A DNA stretch of 64,000 nt from Trichoplax adhaerens (taxonomy: Eukaryota > Animalia > Placozoa): positions 5,118,267 to 5,182,266 of the forward strand of contig NW_002060947.1 in assembly GCF_000150275.1 (NCBI RefSeq), in the 5' to 3' direction. This document shows, piece after piece, positions 39,989 through 51,162 of the stretch. The stretch's first letter is position 1, and each line of letters starts with the position of its first letter. The translations under genes and the position numbers were made by a program. The notes beneath the pieces are model-generated. The model was not told the origin of the DNA. It ran no database searches and saw only the letters and a program-made list of their open reading frames with translations.

Positions 39989-41352
39989 GCGATACTTTCC
40001 TGTTGTAACTTTTTTTTAAATCAAATGATTTCTGTTCCGCATAATGAATATATTTTAGCCCTATTAAGTGTAGGATCAATTTTTTATACTACATCTTACT
40101 TTGATATTGAATAATTGAACAATTTTTAAGAAATTTAAATTTTAGGAGGAGCTTTTTAGGTTATTTGAGTCGGAACCTACATTATTTTCTATTCTATATT
40201 TGTAGCCATGTTACAACCACTCTTGTAAGACAGCTACTACCTCCAACAGCGGTTAAGCACTGACACTAGTCTTTTCTAGGATCAATTCTAGAACTCTCTT
40301 TACTATAAAAGTAACCCATTTTTATATTTTCTAACTAGATCTGCTAGTTGCTACAGAGTGCAAACAGAAATCTGAACACTAATAAACTTTGTCAGCTGTG
40401 CCGTATATTTTTAGATCTAAATTAGTAAAATTTTAAGCTCTACTTTAGTATACGTTAAGCATCCATATAACTGGAGATTAATTAACAATGATCAGAACAC
40501 GATCTGACTCTTGAGCTTTCCTATAAATTAAGTATCTAGCTAATTCACTTTCCTTTACCGGAAAATGCATTAAATATTTACTAGCAATCTATATACATAA
40601 CATTATTCTACTCGTTGCTCTACGAGTACTGTGTTAAGCGATTTTTTGATTACTTTTACAATTCAGAAACATAACTTTATATATAAGTTAAATAATTAAC
40701 GATTTTTTCGTTGCCTTATCACAATTGAGTAGAAACTTATAGTTGTCGCACAAATCAAATACTTATCACCGTTAATTGCTATTAACATCTGGATATCATT
40801 ATACAGAACAAAAAATTCGAGATGCCTATCCCAGCAGTAGCAATAAATATCTATCTTTATCTTAATATTGTGGTGTACAATAGAAACCGAACCAGTTTTT
40901 AGTAAATCAAGATAAAACGATTGATGTCAAGAATGCAACTGTCTATTATGATATAAACGTGATAATAATTATAAGTTTAATAACTATATATTTTCACGCA
41001 TTTCTAGTGAATACAATGGGTAATATAGAAATTTTAAATTGATATATCATAAAAAATCCATTTAACTGTAAATTGTGAAATAAACGTATGTTAGTCAAAA
41101 GATAATTGTAATACTGTAACCTGCAATCATAATTTAGTATTGAGCAAATGGAGAAAACTGCCAATTATTTTCTTACCAAAACATAAATTTTCAATGAAAA
41201 TGATGAGAATTCGTCGTTGTCACTTGAGTTTTAATTATTTGTTTAGAGTCTTGATTCATATAGTCATTCGTAAAAATCTGCGAGAAGCCTTTTTCTTTAT
41301 CGAAGCGGATATCGTACTCTTATGTAATAAGTTATTGTCGATGATCGTACGG

Positions 41353-42254
41353 TGTTACAGTGTTAAATACTGTATTACAGTAGAAATATCTATGTTAGGA
41401 TAATTCTGTGAGACTATCCTTATTTAGTTAACTTCTAATTTGGATATACTGTATTTTAATATAGCACTGACTTTTTATGACAGTGACACTTATACACATA
41501 CTGAAATTAATAGTTATAATAGGGAATGCAAATCATCTACTTACAGTTCGAATCATTGTGATTGTAATTTACTTATGGTAGATTGTAAATTATAATGGAA
41601 ATGTTCCGTGATAGGACATATCGTAATCTGACTATTCTGTATTAGTCATTACATGTCTATGTTTGTAAATACTGTTGTCTGCATTAAGGGAGCAGTAGCT
41701 ATAATTAATATCTAATTTAGTAAATGATTCCGAGGTTAATTGTATTAACTATGACTCATGAGCTATTGAGGAGTAGTATATAAATGCAGTATATCGTGAA
41801 ATAAAAAAGAATTCTCCAACTTAGTGTTTAACGTAAAATACGAGGCGTCTAAGTCTTTGTGTAGTCTGCTAGTAGAGCAAAAGTGTTTGTGATAGTGCAG
41901 ATATCGTTCCTCGATACGTGGTTCAAGGAATTGACTTATTGATCGTATATTGCGTTATCTTGTTGCAAAGCTGTTTTGTGGCACTAATTCAGTAAATGAT
42001 TCCAATGTTAATTGTATTAACTATGACTCATGAACTATTGAGGAGTAGTATATAAATGCAGTATATCGTGAAATAAAGAGAATTCTCCAACTTAGTGTTT
42101 AACGTAAAATACGAGGCGTTTAAGTCTTTGTGTAGTCTGCTAGTAGAGCAAAAGTGTTTGTGATAGTACAGATATCGTTCCTTGATACGTGGTTCAAGGA
42201 ATTGACTTATTGATCGTATATTGCGTTATCTTGTTGCAAAGCTGTTTTGTGACA
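41353..42254 (+). mobile_element. Family A LTR (41353-41983) directly followed by a second 3'-partial LTR (41984-42254)
   Basis: A full 631-bp unit ending ...TTTTGTGGCA, then a 271-bp copy of its 3' part ending ...TTTTGTGACA. The perfect TSD TACGG flanks the whole 902 bp (41348-41352 and 42255-42259). Confidence 0.9.
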
Positions 42255-43190
42255 TACGGTGACGGAAGTTTATAATTAAAGCCACGCAAAGATTGCCATA
42301 GCTATGGTTTACTAACATACTTTTAGTCTATGCCTTCGCTAAGAATAAATGAGGGTATTTAAAATTCGATATTACCAATCGTGAGATTGAATTTTATTAA
42401 CCTTCACATGGCATCTATTGTTTCAGATTTGAATATCTAGCTAGTCACATTTTTAATTGAAGGCAGTCGAGTCATTTCATTCGCTAATGGTTAATTTTTC
42501 TATGAAATTTAGATTGCAGCACCAATAATTCAATTTTCATCTCAATTATTTCATCTAAATTAAATTACGCGTATTATCAATAAATTATAAATTATAATTA
42601 TTAATGTATGTGAAAATACAAAAACTATATAAAAAGACAATGTTTTAACCTTTAGTAGGTCATGAACTACTAGAAGAATACCAGGTATATTTCTAGTGAT
42701 CCATGAGTAGATGTACCACTTGCAGCAATTTTCTATAGTATATTACAGTTACAGTAGGCAATATCTTTGCCACACTTTTATAATACTGTATCCCAGTATC
42801 CAAACTACTAGGGAAATTCCTACGGGGCTCCGGTTATACTACTGCGAGACACACATACATGATTCTATTAATATAACTTATTTTTATTTAAATTACCGAT
42901 TCTCGATTTCAATACTTTCAACCTTCTAACTTATTCTTAAAATTCTCAAACTTGCAACTTACGCTCTTACACTTTATCACGACTGTCACTTGTCTTCAGA
43001 TCGACTAACTACTAAACCTAACGCTACATGATATTATATACAGTAGTGTACTACAGGTCTTAATTGTGCATCAATCAAGCATATAATCAACTAAAGTACA
43101 ATATACTACTGAACACTTACACTTATTTCTCTAGCTATTACTTTATATTTAGCCATTAATTTTATATTGAGCTAGAAATATAATCTAGCA

Positions 43191-44207
43191 TTAATAAGTG
43201 TACATCTTTGCAGATACTAGAATGAATCGTCGGCGATATTCGGTGGTGGTCTTTCGTGGGATATACTTTCGTAGGTAATATCGAGATTTCTTCTTAATAT
43301 TATAATCAAATTTCAGATATAAAAATGGATTTATCACGGAAATACCAACTGTTGTGGAATATGACACAAACGAAAGCACATAATATACCAGATTTTCATC
43401 TCCCATCTGTCGTAGTGATTTTTTTGTTATGGCCATAGCCATCCCAGTTGCAAAGTATGGCCATGTTATCAATAGATAAGATCCAGCAGTGGCAATCAAA
43501 ACTTGATTAAATTTTTTTTTTTTCTCGTGCAAATTAATTCTAGTGAGGACAGAAATATTTCCAGGTCTAACATAGTTATGTTGATGCTTGAATATGCTGC
43601 CATACATAAATAATAAAATAATAGTAGGTAAAAAGTAAATTATGATAATATTGGCGATGAGGGATGCTATCGCGGAAGAGTTGATATGGACCATGTCGCA
43701 TACCACCGTATCATCTGGATATACGTCGTTGTAAAATATTGTTGGAATACTTAAAATTATAGAAAGTATCAAGGCAAGTATTACCATTGATATTAATAGA
43801 TTTCGCCTATGATTCGAATAGAACTTCGAAAACGGTTTAACAATCACAAAATATCGATCAATACTGATAATACATAAAGTAAATATGGAAAGAGTGTAAG
43901 AACATTGGATAATATAGAAAAATATTCGGCACATATACGATCCTAGGGTATAGTCAATATGAGCCATAACGAGGATCGAAAATGATGTAGTACCTATCAA
44001 CGTAGCTATGATATCAGAAATGAGAGAAATACGAATTAAATAATATGGAGTTTTATAAAAACAACTATTATTACAGATGACATAAAGTACGAAGACATTA
44101 ACAATAAATCCTATAAATAAAACAGGAATAGACGCGGCAGAAGCGTAGATGTTAATAAGACTGTAATAGTTTTTTTCTTGGTTAGAAATGTTACTGGAGA
44201 TATTCAT
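43191..44207 (-). CDS. Intronless class A orphan GPCR, array copy 10 (subfamily I)
   Basis: 338-aa 7TM ORF; GFIVN, IRISLISD, SIDRYFVIVKP, VYPDDTVVCD, YVRPG, TWPYF, INPFLYLKFD. Visibly closest to copy 9. Confidence 0.95.
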   Translation of the reverse strand: MNISSNISNQEKNYYSLINIYASAASIPVLFIGFIVNVFVLYVICNNSCFYKTPYYLIRISLISDIIATLIGTTSFSILVMAHIDYTLGSYMCRIFFYIIQCSYTLSIFTLCIISIDRYFVIVKPFSKFYSNHRRNLLISMVILALILSIILSIPTIFYNDVYPDDTVVCDMVHINSSAIASLIANIIIIYFLPTIILLFMYGSIFKHQHNYVRPGNISVLTRINLHEKKKKFNQVLIATAGSYLLITWPYFATGMAMAITKKSLRQMGDENLVYYVLSFVSYSTTVGISVINPFLYLKFDYNIKKKSRYYLRKYIPRKTTTEYRRRFILVSAKMYTY

Positions 44208-46088
44208 GACTCAATCTTTGCGGCGCTAATAGAATGTAAAACACAATCCTATTTGTAGATCATACAACTAAAAATCACTAAGTAAAGATCGTTTAAATCA
44301 TAACACAATATTATTTAATTTCAATCTAAAATGTAAGCAACTTCGATTGGAAACAAAGAGCTTCTATTGTTTACAGTTTTGCTATTTAAACGTTTTAATT
44401 TTAATCTTTTATTCCTTTAATAATATATTATATACGATAGGGCAGACCTAAAGTAAAGATGTTAAATTTAGAGTTTGAGCTCTCGAATCTGGAATAAATT
44501 ATTAGAGAATAGCTTCATCTCTTTGTTTGTACAAATATTATTAATGCTGACTTTAAATATTAGTTTGACGCCGCCAGTAACGTATATATTACTATGTAAT
44601 ATCTGGCTTATTTATAGACGATATGAATATACGCAGTTCTTTATGTAGGACTATTTTACACAATTACATAATCAATCAGGTATGTAATATTTCTACAAGG
44701 CTTTTTAACTAGCTTACTTTCTGTAATATCATTAACTTGAAAGTAAATATGGTTGCATTCGCGGCTCAGACCGGAAAGTAACAATTGAGTACATTAGTAC
44801 CACCAACAACTAATCATAATAATGGAGCAGTTTACTAGCATTTATCTTGAATCTAAAAAATCTCAAAGTTTTTCGCATTGCCACGATCAAGTGAATTCAA
44901 TTAATATGTTTGATGCATTTCAAATTGTTACAGAACCGATTAGATCATTTGAGCAGTTAATAACTAAACTCCAATATCGAATTATTTGATGTACTTAAAA
45001 CTTAAATTTTGTTACTCTAAACGGCCTTTAAGGATAGGAAAAAGAATAAGGCATTCATGTTTACAATAGTATTTCAATGAGAGAATATAAATTTGCTTTA
45101 AATTTATTTGCATATTAATTAAATTTAAATTGCGATTTTTGTTAAATCTGGTGATATTTTTTATCAAATACACAGTCATATCGTCAACGGTAACAGAATT
45201 AGCTTGAGCAGGAGTTCTTAGTATCAATTAGATATTGGAAGTATTAGCATTGTTAAATATTCAAGGATAGCTTTCACTACAAATGCTGAATTTGATCTTG
45301 ATATTGGTTGACTAGCAATGATTGATACGATGGGTTCGAAAGTATATTACCGTATTGATGCCACAATATAGTTAATATCATAAAGTATAAATCTTATATT
45401 ATTGCAATTTAAATATAAAATATATTAAAATAGAGGTGCCTCCTAATGTACGATAATTACGTACTAAGGTAGTTTATATGCATTCGATCACAAAGCTTAT
45501 TATTGCTAAATTTACTAGAAATTAATATTATTATTAATTAATGATGTAGATGGAGTTACGATACTCGTACATGGGCTTCCGAAACACTGTTTTAGATAAG
45601 AAAAAAAAAAAAAGTAGAATAGTGTAGGAGAGAACCTGCTTGTTTGCTAACAAGCTTTATGAACTCTTTTTAATTAGGAATACTGATAGCAAACGTAATT
45701 TATTCTTGTGAAAGATTTTACTACGGAACTAGAATTTTTTCATGAAATATGGTGCAGCTGTATTTAGGGAATAATAATCATAGCGGTGGCTATTGACTTT
45801 GTATCTAAATTATAAGAAGCTTTTAATCGTTACCATGCTGGGTGTTGACAAATAATAAAGACTAAATATAATTTAATTATACATTACATATCAACTTCTA
45901 CATGTATCTAATAAATGTAAAGTGTTCATAGGAAATTAATTACTGCAACAATAATATCATCATCATACTTCTGAATAGAAATAGCTAGTATGCAGTTATA
46001 TATTAGAAACGAACTCGCGCTATCTCAAATTCTAAGGTTGTAACTTATAACCGTTACCTAAGAGTTTAGAATAAAGGAAATCTCTAAT

Positions 46089-46123
46089 TATTTCTAAACA
46101 AACTTACAGTTTGTTTAGAAATA
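46089..46123. repeat. Perfect 16-bp inverted repeat with a 3-nt loop
   Basis: TATTTCTAAACAAACT-TAC-AGTTTGTTTAGAAATA. Confidence 0.9.
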
Positions 46124-46780
46124 CTTTCAATTCCTTAGTATCACTGCTGCTTTTGTTATTAATTGTTTTATTGTATATGAATTTATGAATAAATACCTAA
46201 AAGAGATTATTAGCTTGCCTTGCTCGAACCGCAATAACAAGAAGTTTCAGTCCGTAGATTGTTGGTTATGGAAGTTCGTAAATAATTAAAATATTTTCTA
46301 TTTATAGAGAATGAAATATAAGGAATTAGCTATTGAGAGTCACCGATAACAATAAATTCTGCTGCCCGACATAATACATCTGGCGCCACGGAAACTGCAT
46401 CTACTGACTTCTATTTTTGAATCATATATATATTTATCTCGTTTCATTCACAGGCAGCTAATATATTTTTGAAATTCTGCATTATTGCGCTCATAACTAA
46501 TTTACGACACTAATTGCATCATAAAATTTAAATTAACCCAGAATATTATTGGAAATGTTTGTGTTTTGTTTTGTAGAAACATATTAAATGTGCAGCTTCG
46601 TACTTTAATAACTCTAAAACTCGAATCTCATTTGGAGCATATGTTGTGCTTCTGCTGGAACTGCTTAAAGTGTTGTGCATATTTTTCGCTAGCAATATGA
46701 TAACATAAATTCTACATTCCGCAGACGCACTTAATATCTGTATTGAAATTATTTCGCAATAATTATTGAACGTGACCCTG

Positions 46781-47359
46781 CGTCACAACCCTCTCTTGGT
46801 GACAAAGGAAACGTTTATTAACAAAGTAAAGAATCTCTCGTGCAAGTATAATAACTCGAGTTACTTCTCCCAGTATCTCCAGTTTCTACGTTAGCGATAT
46901 ACGCGAACTCGATTTCCCAACTGAACTCCGCAGATAACTGAATATATTACACTTTTCTTCACTATAAGAGTCTTGCACCATTCTTGAGCAACTACTAATT
47001 TATTCTATAAATACACGTGCTTAAATAGATTTCTATAATGAGTTCCAGTGTCAACTAGTGAGAATTCAGTTAGCGTTATCACTATGATATATTACTAAAT
47101 ATGTACGTCAATATTCTCATCCTAGGATAGCTACAAGCTACCACACACGACATATAGCCTTATTTGAATATTCATCAATTAACAATTGCTTATTTGATAA
47201 CGGGGTACCGTGACACACACGACATATAGCCTTATTTAACTGTTCATTAAGAGTTACTTATTTGGTAACGGCGTGCCGTGACACACACACACGACATATA
47301 GCCATATTTAACTATTCAGTAATTAACAGTTACTTATTTGGTAACGGTGCACCGTGACT
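46781..47359 (-). mobile_element. Probable degenerate solo LTR with a triplicated terminus
   Basis: Left end CGTCACAACC...GGTGACAAAG matches the family terminal-hairpin pattern; right end ...CCGTGAC(A/T); no convincing TSD. Confidence 0.5.
47142..47357. repeat. Three-copy tandem repeat, unit about 70 bp
   Basis: Units CACAC(AC)nGACATATAGCC(T/A)TATTT...CTTATTTG(A/G)TAACGG....CCGTGA at about 47142-47213, 47214-47281 and 47282-47357. Confidence 0.9.
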
Positions 47360-49308
47360 TTTTGTTGCAAGGAAAATCAAATCTGGAAAGCTCGAGTAGT
47401 ATGAACATCCAGATAATAAATACCAGCCGATTTAATGAATATCTTGAGTTATGTAATCTAACGTATTATAAGGCCTTGACAAACTAATTTCGTTCTCACC
47501 GATAATTACATGCATATTTAATTGGACGCAAAGGAACCTTTCTGTATTATGTATCTGTTAGAATGGGTCCGCCACTTTGCAAGATATGGATTACGAGATT
47601 AGAGTTTTGAAGTTTAGTAAGCACGGAATATATCATTCTGGATACATTGATTTAGAAAACTGAACTATGATAACCATAGGTCCTATGCAAGTATTTTCGT
47701 TAACGTACGGTAATTCTTAACAGCCTAAACAATATCTTTAAAATACGTTCTACCATATTTACTTACTTAAATTACAATTGTAATCATGGTAGTAGTATAT
47801 GCCCTACTACTACAATTATATATCATTTTCAGTTTTTAGTGCAAATTCCATTTCATTTTCCTCGTACGTACGTGCACGGATATATAACTATCAATATAAA
47901 TTTAACGGAATGACTAGTTTAGAAATTGGAGTAAGATCATACCTAATATTATATGGTATTTAATATCAATTGACTACTGCATATTTACTGGGCTTTAAAT
48001 AACTTAAAAGTAATCACAGTACGATAAATTATAGAGATGGATGACGCATGTAATTTCATGTATGTTACGCGGGTATCGGCAATGATTACTTTCAAATCAT
48101 CGAACACCTTAACTAAATACAATAGTAATAGTAATTATTGACAAACAGAGGTAACTGTAAATCCTTGGCTTATTGAAGGACCTGATTCATATCAACATTT
48201 TAAACTAATTACAGATTGCTGTATTAGCCGATCAACCATAAGCAAGTTGATACTCATTTATTTAAATTCCCCTCGTCGGTGTTAACGACAATACCATATT
48301 TGGCATTAATTTAAGATGATAATGATAGAGAATGATCAATGCCTTGATAAACTACTGATGTGTCCATTACTGTATCATTTTACAAAAACTAAGCAATAAT
48401 GGGAATAAAGTACACACTTCATCAAACTTTAATTTGCCATTTACGAATAATGAAATTTTACAGATTCATCAAACTTAATTGCAATTCATAAGAAAAATGA
48501 ACTGGTATGAAGAAACACGTCTTCATTATTTAAGAAATTCGTTAATTTTCTCTTAAATATGATACAGCTTCCATATACAGTATCGGCTACTGGTTATCTA
48601 CTTCTTAGAATCATTATGTTATAATGTTAACCAATCAGCGGTAGTCATAGTGGCATTATTCGTTCAACACAATATTCAATAACTAATTTAGTCCACGTTT
48701 TCATACATTAAGTATTAAAGCATCTTACGAATTATCAATAACTAGCTTTGCAAACGAATACGCCAGTTTATCCAAAAACTACGGCAATGAAGGAAGCAAA
48801 TCATGGATTTGAGACTTAGCGCTAGCTGTGGCGTTTGTAGTGTTCCATGTATTCCTGCACTAAATAAACGAAAATCCATATTAATTACAGTAAAGATGTA
48901 GCAATGTATAGCAAATCGTACAGTTGTAAGAACGTGCGAGAAAAGCATACTCCAGTACTAATAAAGTAAAAAATTCATCTAATGCTTAGTTAAGTGACGT
49001 AATTTCATTAATAAGTAATGGTAAATTTACAAAGTTCAAAACTAGCTAAAGTTTGGTAAAGTAGAAACATCCTCTAGTTGAAGCTAGAGAAAGACATATG
49101 CAGTCACGGACAAAATTATATCTGTTGATATAGGATAAACTACTCTCCAGCTCATATCGCAAAATAACCTACAGTGATTATGAGTAATTCTACGTTAGCG
49201 CTAATAATAATATATATGTTATATATATATATAAAATAGGATATTTAAGGCTTGATCGGAAATAATATCAAAAGTATTAGTTACAGTACTACTTTTACAA
49301 TTTTACAT

Positions 49309-51162
49309 TTAATCTCCACTTTGATCAATGACTATTTTCCCACGAGCGTGACCACTTTCCAGATATTCATAAGCATCTTGAACTTCATTGAAATTGAATA
49401 CTCTTTTAATTATCGGTTTAATCTGTAATTCATTAATTAATAAAGTTATTAGGGTCTCAATGAAAACTATGAAGAATGCCATGAGTGCTATTCTATAAAA
49501 TATTCCTAAAAATAAATAGCGCAAAACCTTTCCGTTATCTATCAGTGAAGTAACATCTTCAAGTGCCAAGCCATTCCCGAATCCAATAGCCCAACTGTAG
49601 CAACTATCACGCTTTAAGTTCTCCAATTTTAAAGGTAGCGTCGAGTTAGCTACTTAATATTGAACGAGCAAAATAAATTTATTTTAAACTTACTTGGAAC
49701 AATGCATTTTTCACAAACTCGACGCCACTAATTGCTGCCCCTGCTGCAATACCTCTTTTATCCATTTTCTTAACAATTGGAGTTTGAATGGAGACGTAAG
49801 TTCCTTTAGAGTTTACTAAGGGCAGAGCATGCTTTTCATTTTTGCCTCCGACTGTGTCAAAAATGGCGTCATATCTAGAGATGATCAATTAACATTGAGA
49901 AACCCATTAATTATTAAATGCGTTAAGAATGAGTATGGATGCCATTACGCCAAACATACAAGCCATGCTCTTTCATTTCATTCCATGCATCCTCAGAGTG
50001 ATAATCAATTATTTTGTCAGCATTTAACGACTTCATTAATTCAACGGCATCATTGCTGCAAGTAGTTACTACAGTACCACCCCAGCATTTAATTAACTTG
50101 CAGATAATGCAAAAATTGCAATAAGAAACAATTAAATTTTCGAATATAACACAAGTCTAATAGCTAACATACCTGGACTGCTATAGTACCGACGCCTCCT
50201 GAACCTCCAAGAATTAAAACTCTTTATAATTAACAAACGTTTCAAAGGGATATTCGTTGTATTCAGAGTAACACGCAATAGATTAAAAGCTACTTTGATG
50301 CAGAACTACTGATCATTGCTAGGATTATGGCTAGCATTGGAAAAGTAGATGCTAGATATCTACACCGATATTAAGTGGTACTGACCTTTTCCCCATAGTG
50401 TTTGTTGCATTCAGACCAGCTCGATTAGCTAAAGCAGCATATGTGGTGACCGTTACATGAGGTAGAGAAGAAGCTTGTATATGCGATAGGGAATTGGGCT
50501 TTGAAGCAACCTTTTTATCAAATATATTGAATATCTTAACATTTATCGGGCCATTTCGAAGGCGGTCAGGACTCATTTTACCTCATGTTGCAAAGCTGCG
50601 GTATATTCCGCGTGGGATCCAGGACCAAAAGGTTGGCATGTACCCCATACCTGCAAAAATAGCATAAATTGTATACTTACACCAGAGCCCCTTGCATCCA
50701 AATCATCTTGATTCATTTCCGGATAATAACGTTGACGATTTGTTATTTTTAATTAATTGATTATTGCTACTGAATACGGGATTATAAATAAGGTGCTATG
50801 CATAAGATAGAATTTAAGAGTTAGTATTGATTAGCAAGGTTTATAACCTGATCACCAATCTTAAATCTTCTAACGCTTCTGCCAATATCAACAATTTCAC
50901 CACTAAAATCACGTCCTAGCGTCAATGGCCAGATTCCTTGTTTTCCATAGCTGGCATGAATTAACTTGTTGGCATATCCTTGGCGCATTAAAATGTCTAC
51001 GGGATTCATCGAGCAGGCACGGACCTTAATTATTAATTGATCTGGCCGACTGATTGACGGCACATTTGCATTTTCATTTAGTTGCAAAACACTGTTATCT
51101 CCAAATGAGGATATTTGCCAAGCTCTCATACTTTTTGGAAGTTTTGTAATAATCCTAGCCAT
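49309..51162 (-). CDS. RTN4IP1: Reticulon-4-interacting protein 1-like NAD(P)H quinone oxidoreductase (MDR family), copy A; 8 coding exons plus a possible upstream exon (51380-51328)
   Basis: Exons 51162-50848, 50650-50582, 50510-50386, 50221-50173, 50096-49960, 49874-49694, 49620-49528, 49422-49309 join through GT-AG introns in consistent phase. Motifs: MRAWQISSFG, SMNPVDILMRQGY, PLTLGRDFSGEIV, VWG, Rossmann VLILGGSGGVGTIAVQ, WGGTVVTTCS, C-terminal GHARGKIVI. Confidence 0.88.

Noticed and set aside
42712-43042. TGTA...TACA segment with flanks GTAGA/GTAGT; similarly 56397-56630 (TATGC/TAGAC)
   Set aside because: Short termini and imperfect TSDs could arise by chance in AT-rich DNA.
47142-47357. 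Repeat array superficially like CRISPR
   Set aside because: Units are homologous over their whole length (no unique spacers), there are no cas genes, and the context is eukaryotic.
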